Virus record (IMG/VR): IMGVR_UViG_3300014205_000160
Location: 1 to 35,559 of that record
Source of the DNA: a virus
DNA: 35,559 nucleotides
Reading direction: 5' to 3' (one strand)
Shown: positions 1-6,303 of the stretch, one piece after another
How positions within the stretch are numbered: the first letter of the stretch is position 1
How the letters are laid out: each line of letters opens with the position of its first letter
The notes under the pieces: model-generated
Told to the model about the DNA's origin: nothing
The model's database searches: none
What the model saw: only the letters and a program-made list of their open reading frames with translations
Position numbers and translations under genes: made by a program

Positions 1-114
1 CACCACGCTCCGAAGCTGCACCGCTCTCCGAAGCGGCACCACGCTCCGAAGACGCACCCCTGTCCGAAGCTGCACCGCTCTCCGAAGTTGCACCGCGCCC
101 CGAAGCGGCACCAC
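1..114. repeat. Terminal direct overlap, identical to 35446-35559 (circular closure). It lies inside the 18-bp tandem array, which continues to nt 123.
   Basis: Base-by-base reading of both ends. Joining them restores one in-frame 519-nt minus-strand ORF. Confidence 0.9.
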
Positions 115-215
115 GCTCCGAAGTCGGTTATCGTCGAATAATCTCCGGTCGGGCACTGGCGTATGCCATCGACCACGGGCAGCGCGTCGAACTCTTTTTG
201 CGTGTACTTTTTCAT
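1..215 (-). CDS. N-terminal part of the 172-aa FGxxCx hexapeptide-repeat protein (paralogue B). The ORF runs off the window start and continues at 35445..35142.
   Basis: ATG at 215-213 overlaps the stop of the upstream gene (ATGA). It translates as MKKYTQKEFDALPVVDGIRQCPTGDYSTITD followed by FGAWCR FGARCN FGERCS and further units. It is absent from the ORF track because it is open at the window edge. Confidence 0.75.
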   Translation of the reverse strand, partial: MKKYTQKEFDALPVVDGIRQCPTGDYSTITDFGAWCRFGARCNFGERCSFGQGCVFGAWCRFGERCSFGAW

Positions 216-616
216 GGCTTCTCTCCTTTCCGCGCGGCGTCTATGGCGGCGTCGAGTGATGGCCCTTGCTCGAAAGTGTTAAACCAGTTGCCCCAATCGT
301 TTTCTGTTTGGACGGTGACGTAGGGCCGCTCTTTGTCGGGGTTTGTTTCATCCCGCAGCCACCGATACCGCTCCCCATCCCTCGCCAGCGCGAGAAGGTC
401 GGGGAAGGCGTTGTGCAGGGCGGCGATAGACTTGGCGTTGGCTTCCGCCTCATTGACAGGAAGATTTGCGTACCCCGCTCCCGCGTCAACGCAAGCAATC
501 ATTGCTTCGTTTTTTTGCGCTCCCAAATACACAATTGGGGGTATGTCCACGTCAGAAAGCAACCACTCCCCCGGCGTCGCCTTCCGATACAGCCGTTCCA
601 GTTCGTCCAGGTTCAT
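212..616 (-). CDS. Ead/Ea22-like early protein
   Basis: 134-aa ORF. KATPGEW...EAEANAKSIAALHNAFPDLL matches the pattern I associate with Ea22-like phage proteins. ATGA coupling at both ends. Confidence 0.6.
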   Translation of the reverse strand: MNLDELERLYRKATPGEWLLSDVDIPPIVYLGAQKNEAMIACVDAGAGYANLPVNEAEANAKSIAALHNAFPDLLALARDGERYRWLRDETNPDKERPYVTVQTENDWGNWFNTFEQGPSLDAAIDAARKGEKP

Positions 617-891
617 GCGTGCAATTCCTCCCTAATAGGAAGCGTGTCGCCAATGGCGGGCGGGTCGATTTTCTTTAGGCAACAGACAAGCACCGCCTCC
701 GGTCGTCCTCGGCTATTTATTACGCCAGTCGTTGCAATTGGATCTGAATGCGTAATAACGCCGCAGCGACACCGGAGGCTATCGCGGACTATTTTGCCTA
801 CGGTAAACGTCAGCCCAAGATTTGTAAGCCCTCCGCAGCATGGGCGCGGCTTAACCACCATCACCAGATCCCCCGGCTTTATTTCGCCCAT
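613..891 (-). CDS. Hypothetical small Cys-rich protein (92 aa)
   Basis: Tail of ORF 613..975. The start is placed at the internal ATG 891 (MGEIKPGDLV...), which overlaps the end of the upstream small ORF. An alternative start lies at 975. Confidence 0.6.
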   Translation of the reverse strand: MGEIKPGDLVMVVKPRPCCGGLTNLGLTFTVGKIVRDSLRCRCGVITHSDPIATTGVINSRGRPEAVLVCCLKKIDPPAIGDTLPIREELHA

Positions 892-1028
892 ATCAGCCAC
901 CCCACTCCCATCCCCGCAAGAAAGATCACCACCGGCACGCAGAGAATCGCTCCGATCCCCGCGATGTAGTCCCATGTGGTCAGGTCGTCTAATTCGATGC
1001 TTGCCGCTCCGGTCAGGTCGTCATGCAT
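879..1028 (-). CDS. Hypothetical 49-aa single-pass membrane peptide
   Basis: Hand translation gives MHDDLTGAASIELDDLTTWDYIAGIGAILCVPVVIFLAGMGVGWLIWAK. It has a hydrophobic C-terminal half and fills the gap between flanking coupled genes. It is below the ORF-track cutoff. Confidence 0.4.
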   Translation of the reverse strand: MHDDLTGAASIELDDLTTWDYIAGIGAILCVPVVIFLAGMGVGWLIWAK

Positions 1029-1285
1029 TTACGCCCCCTCGCTCTGTACTCTCTAGCCTTCGCGGTCAGGTACGCCCGCCGCGCCTTGAGGTTCTTGAGA
1101 TACCACTCGCGCTGGTACGCAGCCCGCCGCGCGCGGTTCTTCTCCAGCGTCTCCCGGCCTCGCTCGCCCTGCCGGTAGCGTTGCTCTCTGGCATGGGCGC
1201 GTGCTGCCTTGCTCGGCTGGCCGACTGTGCGCACGCGCCCCTTGAGCGCACGCAGGACTTCGCGCCCCGGCAGAATCCAGCTCAT
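1013..1285 (-). CDS. Hypothetical basic protein (90 aa)
   Basis: Start refined to ATG 1285 (MSWILPGREV...), which overlaps the YqaJ stop (ATGA). Arg/Lys-rich helical sequence. Confidence 0.55.
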   Translation of the reverse strand: MSWILPGREVLRALKGRVRTVGQPSKAARAHAREQRYRQGERGRETLEKNRARRAAYQREWYLKNLKARRAYLTAKAREYRARGRKCMTT

Positions 1286-1908
1286 CCCCGGAGTGCCTTC
1301 AGCCGCTTCAGCGTCTCGTCCACTTCGGCCAGGAACACGACCACCTCGGCCTCCATGTCCTTGATGCGCGGCTCGTCGCGCTCCAGCCGGCGCACGAACA
1401 ACTGCAAGTCCTCCGGCAGACGTGGATCGAAGCTCACGAAGTCGCACCACGCCGCATCCGTGCAGGCCATCTGCCAGAGCATCTGCGGCTGGTACTGCGC
1501 AGGGACTTCCCCGGCCAGCAGGTAGGACAGGTGCGTGGCCGTCTTGGGGCACTTGCATTCGATCAGCCCATCTCCGACCACCCCATCAGGGGATGCCGCG
1601 GCGCGGTCGATGCGCGGGTGCAGCACCAGCCCCACCTGATCGACCATCGCGTTGAGGCTGACCTCGTAGGCGGCGCGGGCGAAGGGCTCCTGCTCGGTGC
1701 CCCACTGCATTTCTGCATTGAGGAATCCCGATTCCTGCGGCTTGCCGGTCAGAATCTCGGCCACGATCTGCGCCCGGTAGTCCCTGCGGGCAGCGGCTTC
1801 GCCGGTCTTGATCTTCGCCAGAACGTCAGAGACGCGGCTGGCGGTGACCTTCCCGGCGCGGGCGGCAAGCCATTCCTCGGTGCCCTGGGGGAAGTCGAGG
1901 GTCTTCAT
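1282..1908 (-). CDS. YqaJ-like (PD-(D/E)XK, lambda-Exo type) recombination exonuclease
   Basis: 208 aa. N-terminal QGTEEWLAARAGKVTASRVSDVL and the SPDG...LIECKCP catalytic-type motif. Adjacent to an annealase gene. Confidence 0.8.
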   Translation of the reverse strand: MKTLDFPQGTEEWLAARAGKVTASRVSDVLAKIKTGEAAARRDYRAQIVAEILTGKPQESGFLNAEMQWGTEQEPFARAAYEVSLNAMVDQVGLVLHPRIDRAAASPDGVVGDGLIECKCPKTATHLSYLLAGEVPAQYQPQMLWQMACTDAAWCDFVSFDPRLPEDLQLFVRRLERDEPRIKDMEAEVVVFLAEVDETLKRLKALRG

Positions 1909-2666
1909 GCCTTCCCCTGCATGGCGGCTTTCCTCGCGTCCTTCGCCCGCGTGAGCGTGCGCATCGCCGCCTGATCCTTCTCGGCCTGCGCGGCCTTGTA
2001 GGCCTTGCTGAAGGCGTCCTGCAGCGTCTGAAGGTCTTCCGCCGCATCGAAAGCGGCGATGAAGTCCGCGATCTGGCCCTCATCCATCCCGCCCTGAGGC
2101 GGGCGCCCCCCGTCCTTGTCGTCGCCCTGCTCGGCAACCCCGCAAATCGCCTTCAGGGTGTAGCGCTCGAGATAGCTGATCGTGCTGGCGCGGGCTTGGA
2201 TGGCGCTCTTCGCTCCCCCGGCATCCGGAGGCCCGCCCATCGAGACGGCCTCGAAATGGCCCAGGGTGTGCCGGATCGTGCAGGTAACCTCGATCCAGTC
2301 TTTCTCATCCTTGGACAGCTTCCAGGACGCGCTCAGTCCGTGCTGAGACAGGGCCGGGGTGACGGCGTTGACCACCGTATAAAGCTCGGCGTAGCTCTTC
2401 CCACGCAGGGGGCCATCGGTCACGCTTTTCGTCTTCAGCACGCGGACGGCCTCGGACTTGAAGGCGGTGAACGCGAGATTGAAGGCTTTGCGGGCCTCGT
2501 TGGCCTCCCAGCGCTCCTGCAGCTCCATCAGCTTCTGCAGCTTGTCGAGGTCGGCCCCCTGCTGCACGGCGATCTGCAGCATGTGCATCGGCGTCAACGC
2601 GCCGGAGGCCGGGATGGCGGGGAGGGTGTCGGGCTGGACTTCGCGGGCCATGACTGCGGTATTCAT
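1905..2666 (-). CDS. erf: ERF-family single-strand annealing protein
   Basis: 253 aa. KSYAELYTVVNAVTPALSQHGL and QARASTISYLERYTLKAICGV...DDKDG resemble ERF hallmarks. SD AAGGAG lies upstream. Paired with the YqaJ exonuclease. Confidence 0.7.
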   Translation of the reverse strand: MNTAVMAREVQPDTLPAIPASGALTPMHMLQIAVQQGADLDKLQKLMELQERWEANEARKAFNLAFTAFKSEAVRVLKTKSVTDGPLRGKSYAELYTVVNAVTPALSQHGLSASWKLSKDEKDWIEVTCTIRHTLGHFEAVSMGGPPDAGGAKSAIQARASTISYLERYTLKAICGVAEQGDDKDGGRPPQGGMDEGQIADFIAAFDAAEDLQTLQDAFSKAYKAAQAEKDQAAMRTLTRAKDARKAAMQGKA

Positions 2667-2698
2667 GTGCTTCTCCTTGGATTAGGTCGCGCGACGGC

Positions 2699-2920
2699 TT
2701 ATGCCGCCCGCTTGAGAACTCGCGGGCGCCACTGGAAAACCTCCGGCAGCGGCTCCTTCAATTTCTTCACATGGTTCGCCCTGTGCAGGACGTAGCGTTT
2801 GCCGAGCCACGCCTTCGCAGCTTCCAGCTTGGCTCTGTGCCCGCAGCGGGGCACCAGCGGCGTGCGCTCGGATGCCTGGCGGATGAGGATTTCGCGGATG
2901 TCTTTTGCGTAGTCGGTCAT
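2699..2920 (-). CDS. Hypothetical protein (73 aa)
   Basis: Start refined to ATG 2920 (MTDYAKDIRE...), which is coupled to the upstream micro-ORF stop. Confidence 0.55.
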   Translation of the reverse strand: MTDYAKDIREILIRQASERTPLVPRCGHRAKLEAAKAWLGKRYVLHRANHVKKLKEPLPEVFQWRPRVLKRAA

Positions 2921-2997
2921 CGCTCGGCCCTCAGTTCGAGAGCCAGCAGCAGGCACACGGCCAGCGTCGTGGCCTGCTCTATCGTGAGGTCGAGCAT
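2917..2997 (-). CDS. Possible 26-aa hydrophobic micro-ORF
   Basis: MLDLTIEQATTLAVCLLLALELRAER. Its start overlaps the upstream stop (TGATG) and its stop overlaps the downstream start (ATGA). Confidence 0.3.
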   Translation of the reverse strand: MLDLTIEQATTLAVCLLLALELRAER

Positions 2998-3365
2998 CAC
3001 GCACCCCCGAACAGTTCGGTCTCGGCCTCGTCCTTGAGGTCGGACAGCCAGTATTCGCGGGCCTGAAGCGCGGCCTGTTTCTGGATGTTGGAGAGCGCCG
3101 CGAACACGGCATTGCGCGCGATCTCGTCCCCGTTGATGGCCTTGTCCAGCGCCTTCAGTGCGGCGTGCAGATCGCGCCCGGTGTGCAGGGTGTCATCCAA
3201 CAGTGACACCATCCACTCGGGGTCGCCGATGCGCTCGGCAAGCGCGGCCTCGGCGTGTGCCTCGATCTCGTCTTCCTGCGCGGGGGTGAGGTCGTCGGCG
3301 CAGTCGCTCAGAACCTCGGCGCGGTCGGCGGGCATGGCAGAGGGCATGACGAGGCGACCGTTCAT
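2997..3365 (-). CDS. Hypothetical acidic protein (122 aa)
   Basis: ORF-track ORF with ATGA coupling at its start. Confidence 0.6.
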   Translation of the reverse strand: MNGRLVMPSAMPADRAEVLSDCADDLTPAQEDEIEAHAEAALAERIGDPEWMVSLLDDTLHTGRDLHAALKALDKAINGDEIARNAVFAALSNIQKQAALQAREYWLSDLKDEAETELFGGA

Positions 3366-3538
3366 TGCACGCCCCCTTCGGAGACTTCGAAGGAATCCGG
3401 CGCGTACTCTTGGCGGGCGTCGTATTCGCCTTCCAAGAGAGAACCTTTTGCCTTCAGGATGGCGTGCTGTTCGTTCACCGCTTGGACGGTGACAAGGGTT
3501 TCAATCTGGCGAACCCTGCGCACGGTGTAGGTTTTCAT
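3362..3538 (-). CDS. Hypothetical protein (58 aa)
   Basis: Hand translation gives MKTYTVRRVRQIETLVTVQAVNEQHAILKAKGSLLEGEYDARQEYAPDSFEVSEGGVQ. ATGA overlaps at both ends. It is below the ORF-track cutoff. Confidence 0.5.
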   Translation of the reverse strand: MKTYTVRRVRQIETLVTVQAVNEQHAILKAKGSLLEGEYDARQEYAPDSFEVSEGGVQ

Positions 3539-4143
3539 TTGGACTCCTGTTCTTCGGGCGTGGCGGGCTTGACCAGCAGCAATGCAAAATCAGCGGCGGC
3601 GGAATACTGCTTCCCGTATTCGTTGTCGCCGTGCGTTTGCTTTACGGATTCGCGGAAATCCGACTCCGAGCCGCTAAAACACCCGGTTGAGAATCGAATT
3701 CCTATCTTTGCATCCGCGTGAACGGTCAGAAACGCGCTGCGCGAACCCATCGGGCCAACCAAAAGGAAGGACGCATCGCCGTACACCAGCGCATTGCCGT
3801 ACACCTGCGCATTGCCGTACACCTGCGCATTGCCGTACACCCGCGCATTGCCGTACACCCGCGCATTGCCGTACACCAGCGCATCGCCGTACACCAGCGC
3901 ATTGCCGTACACCTGCGCATCGCCGGACACCAGCGCATCGCCGGACACCAGCGCATCGCCGGACACCAGCGCATCGCCGTACACCCACGCATCGCCGGAT
4001 ACATCGAGGTTTGTTTCAGCTTCAATCCAGCCGCCGATTTCGCCTTTTACAACGACGCCAAAGGAGGTCAAGGCGCGAATCTGCTTGAGCGTCCGGCCCG
4101 CCCACTCCTTTGTCTGCCCGGTGAATTCGTATTTGGTGTTCAT
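3535..4143 (-). CDS. VYGNAx hexapeptide-repeat (beta-helix-like) protein, paralogue A (202 aa)
   Basis: ORF 3535..4146. ATG 4143 is preferred and a GTG lies at 4146. It has 13 consecutive hexads such as LVSGDA and RVYGNA. The C-terminal GCFSGSESDFRESVKQTHG aligns with GCFLGTLPEFRAKVRETHG of the junction protein. Confidence 0.8.
   Translation of the reverse strand: MNTKYEFTGQTKEWAGRTLKQIRALTSFGVVVKGEIGGWIEAETNLDVSGDAWVYGDALVSGDALVSGDALVSGDAQVYGNALVYGDALVYGNARVYGNARVYGNAQVYGNAQVYGNALVYGDASFLLVGPMGSRSAFLTVHADAKIGIRFSTGCFSGSESDFRESVKQTHGDNEYGKQYSAAADFALLLVKPATPEEQESK
3773..4006. repeat. 13 x 18-bp perfect-register tandem repeat (coding)
   Basis: Units read off the sequence, with unit gcatYgccgKacaccNgc. 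Several adjacent units are nucleotide-identical. Confidence 0.95.
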
Positions 4144-4433
4144 CACGCCTCCCCGAGTTTGGTGAGAAGGGTTTCGGTTCGTCTGATTGCGGCTTCCTCG
4201 TTATGCGTTTGCCACCCAGCCTCTTTCATGGCCGGAAGCGCGTCGCGCAATAAATCCAGAAGGTTCACCACATCGGCCACCAGCTCCGGGTAGGCGTTGT
4301 TTTGGCGATGAAGTTCACCCGCAGCGTCTAGCAGCACGTTTTGCAACCCGGGAATGCGCAGCACTTCGGGGATAGCGGCAAAAGCAAGAAGCTGCGTCGG
4401 CAGCGCGGTCGCGGGCTTGTGGTTGGTGTTCAT
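4143..4433 (-). CDS. Hypothetical protein (96 aa)
   Basis: ORF-track ORF, coupled at both ends. Confidence 0.6.
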   Translation of the reverse strand: MNTNHKPATALPTQLLAFAAIPEVLRIPGLQNVLLDAAGELHRQNNAYPELVADVVNLLDLLRDALPAMKEAGWQTHNEEAAIRRTETLLTKLGEA

Positions 4434-4618
4434 GCGGACACCTCGGCAATCGGCTTGTTGGTCGGCGCGGCAACAAGGATGTCGCTAAAGTCAATCTGCC
4501 CAGCCTTGAGCATGGCAATCGTTTTGTAAGCGGCTTGGCAGTCTTTCAGCGTTACGGTTTCCGCTTCTTCGCCGTAGTAGGTCTTTTTGCCGAACTTGCG
4601 CTTGAACGTCGTTTCCAT
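4430..4618 (-). CDS. First gene of the leftward early operon, hypothetical (62 aa)
   Basis: Start refined to ATG 4618 (METTFKRKFGKK...), preceded by SD AGGAGAGAG (complement of 4623-4631). Confidence 0.6.
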   Translation of the reverse strand: METTFKRKFGKKTYYGEEAETVTLKDCQAAYKTIAMLKAGQIDFSDILVAAPTNKPIAEVSA

Positions 4619-4665
4619 CTGCTCTCTCCTGCGCCCCTTGAGGTGAGGCGTTAGAGGGAGTGTCC

Positions 4666-4700
4666 CAAACTTTTGAGCATTATGCAAGCAAAAGTTTGAG
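4666..4700. promoter_or_regulatory. Leftward operator pair: two copies of CTCAAANNTTTG (complement of 4666-4677 and 4689-4700), interleaved with two TGCATAAT boxes on the minus strand
   Basis: The same 12-mer pattern occurs twice more at PR. CATAAT boxes lie on the minus strand, so a PL -10 is plausible. I found no convincing -35. Confidence 0.55.
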
Positions 4701-4745
4701 TATTCCGATTATGCATAGCGAAACAAGCCGTAAGGAATTTGTCAG

Positions 4746-5114
4746 TTACCGGGCTTTAAGGAACGGCGGCGGGGCTAAAGGGCCGTTTTTGACCTTAATC
4801 AAAAAGTCTGTTTCTAGGCGGGCGTACATCTCGCGCTCTTTTACGGATCGCTCAATGTCCGGGTGCAGCAATTCCCACACCTCGCAGTTAAGTTCTGCCG
4901 CTAGCCTAGCAAGCTTGTCTAAAGTAGGAAACCCTATGGGCTTGCTGCTGGTCACGGTGCGCTTTTTGTAATCGAGATAGTTCCGGACGGTGTTCGGCGC
5001 GATCCCGGCTTTTACGCCAAGTTCGTTTGCTGACCACGGCTCGCCTTCCCTGCGGCCCATAAAAAAGCGCAGGTTGTTCGCCAGGACAAGGTTTAGATCG
5101 GTTCGGTTCGGCAT
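4746..5114 (-). CDS. CI-like XRE-family HTH repressor, short form without a peptidase domain
   Basis: 122 aa. HTH segment WSANELGVKAGIAPNTVRNYL. Divergent from the Cro-like gene across the operator region. No SD before the ATG, so it may be leaderless like lambda cI from PRM. Confidence 0.7.
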   Translation of the reverse strand: MPNRTDLNLVLANNLRFFMGRREGEPWSANELGVKAGIAPNTVRNYLDYKKRTVTSSKPIGFPTLDKLARLAAELNCEVWELLHPDIERSVKEREMYARLETDFLIKVKNGPLAPPPFLKAR

Positions 5115-5130
5115 AAGACAAAGGTACCGC

Positions 5131-5160
5131 TTGACATGCTCAAAGATTTGCCCTTATGAT
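5131..5160 (+). promoter_or_regulatory. PR-like sigma70 promoter: TTGACA, 18-nt spacer, TATGAT
   Basis: -35 at 5131-5136 and -10 at 5155-5160. It sits directly upstream of the Cro-like gene. Confidence 0.7.
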
Positions 5161-5173
5161 CCTCAAAACTTTG
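5139..5173. promoter_or_regulatory. Rightward operator pair: CTCAAAGATTTG (5139-5150, inside the PR spacer) and CTCAAAACTTTG (5162-5173, just after the -10)
   Basis: Four copies of CTCAAANNTTTG are confined to the immunity region. The core CAAANNTTTG is palindromic. Confidence 0.6.
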
Positions 5174-5185
5174 ACCAAAGGCGAT

Positions 5186-5383
5186 ATGGAAAACGATCTT
5201 TTTCAGCAGGTACAGAAGGCTCTGGCGGCGCGGCGCGGCGAGTGGAAACAGATTGCCGCTGCGATTCCAGAAGTCTCCTATTCGTGGATCGCCCAAGTTG
5301 GGCGTGGCAAGTACGCCTCGAAGCCGCTCTACGACAAGCTGATCGCCGTTGATCGGTATCTGCGCGGTGGTAAGTCCGCATGA
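5186..5383 (+). CDS. Cro-like small DNA-binding protein (65 aa)
   Basis: Start refined to ATG 5186 (MENDLFQQ...), because the track start at 5156 lies inside the -10 box. First gene downstream of PR. Confidence 0.6.
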   Translation: MENDLFQQVQKALAARRGEWKQIAAAIPEVSYSWIAQVGRGKYASKPLYDKLIAVDRYLRGGKSA

Positions 5384-5694
5384 GCGCCACTTCAAAGCGG
5401 TTCCAGTGCGTTCATTGCGAGCGATCACCACATCACCACGCCTCTCCGTACTGCAACCCTTGTTCCAACACCGTTTCCGCCTATAGGCGGCGCGCTCGGT
5501 ATCTTGTTGACAAGGCTATCAAGTGCGGTCTGTTTGCTCATCCTAAGCAATTGCAATGCACAGATTGTGGCGCGGCTGGTCTCGACTATGACCATAGGGA
5601 CTACAGCAAGCCTCTTTCTGTAGATCCTGTCTGCCGCCGATGCAATCAGTTGCGCGGCCCCGCTGCCATCTCCGATCTTCGGAAGGCCGCGTGA
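5380..5694 (+). CDS. Cys-rich zinc-ribbon / HNH-like small protein
   Basis: 104 aa. CVHC...CNPC and CTDC...DYDHRDYSKPLSVDPVCRRCN motifs. ATGA coupled to the Cro-like gene. Confidence 0.6.
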   Translation: MSATSKRFQCVHCERSPHHHASPYCNPCSNTVSAYRRRARYLVDKAIKCGLFAHPKQLQCTDCGAAGLDYDHRDYSKPLSVDPVCRRCNQLRGPAAISDLRKAA

Positions 5695-5718
5695 CCTCCT
5701 CGCTCCTATCGGGGCTTG

Positions 5719-5742
5719 CCGAGCGCCCTGCTCGGTTTTTTT
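5719..5742 (+). terminator. Intrinsic terminator (tR1-like)
   Basis: Stem CCGAGC/GCTCGG, 5-nt loop, then TTTTTTT. It lies 25 nt after the stop at 5694. Confidence 0.7.
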
Positions 5743-5818
5743 CTTCGTCATGCGGGCATCGTCCTTTTTTTGCCCATTGCAGGTCTATCCGTCCGCTTCC
5801 GACGAAATGTGAGGCTGT

Positions 5819-6214
5819 ATGAACGCCCAACAAAGGCTGTTCTTTGACGACATTTACGACGCTATACGGGTCACGGTGCAGGCTTTGGGAGGGAACAAGC
5901 CCATCGGCGCGAAGCTGTGGCCTGAGAAGTCTCCGGACGCCGCTGGAAGGCAGCTTGCCGACTGCCTCAACGAACACAAGGCGGAAAAACTCAGCCCTGA
6001 CCAAGTTCTGCTGATTATGAAATGGGGCCGGGAGGTTGGCTGTCACGCGCTGGCCTCTTATTACGGGCAGGAATGCGGATACGACTTCACGCCTGTCGAT
6101 CCCGAGGTCGAGAGAGACAGGCTTGCCGATTCGATTCAGGAAGCCTCTAGGACGCTTGAGAGGCTGATTGAGGCTGCGGGCCGGATTCCCGCCAACGTGC
6201 GCAGGGTGGCCTGA
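5819..6214 (+). CDS. Hypothetical early protein, possibly a CII-like regulator
   Basis: 131 aa. SD GAGG before the ATG. Its position after cro and the terminator, and the segment CLNEHKAEKLSPDQVLLIMKW, recall phage 186 CII-type proteins. The resemblance is weak. Confidence 0.55.
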   Translation: MNAQQRLFFDDIYDAIRVTVQALGGNKPIGAKLWPEKSPDAAGRQLADCLNEHKAEKLSPDQVLLIMKWGREVGCHALASYYGQECGYDFTPVDPEVERDRLADSIQEASRTLERLIEAAGRIPANVRRVA

Positions 6215-6303
6215 AAAATGGCCGTGCTGAGAGTTCTGGACAGTCCGGCAAGTCTGCATCCGACCGCCACTCACCTTCTGTGCGGTGGCCAACAGTGATC
6301 GAT

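Noticed and set aside
1-114. The terminal repeat as a physical T7-like direct terminal repeat of the virion DNA.
   Set aside because: The repeat lies in the middle of a gene and of a tandem array. The packaging module is of the P22 type, with small and large terminase subunits and no obvious cos site, which suggests headful packaging. An assembly overlap of a circular or permuted genome is the simpler reading.
3773-4006. The regular 18-bp repeat array, and its counterpart at 35407-35559, could be mistaken for a CRISPR-like or regulatory iteron array.
   Set aside because: The units are contiguous with no spacers. They keep a multiple-of-three period and lie entirely inside long ORFs with sensible non-repeat flanks. 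The alternative-frame track ORFs (3674..3988, 3687..4088, 3718..4293, 3726..4025, 3794..4165) are just other readings of the same repeat.
5156-5185. The track start codon at 5156 for the Cro-like gene (MILKTLTKGD...).
   Set aside because: That ATG is part of the TATGAT -10 hexamer of PR, so it would not be on the transcript. The next in-frame ATG at 5186 is used instead.
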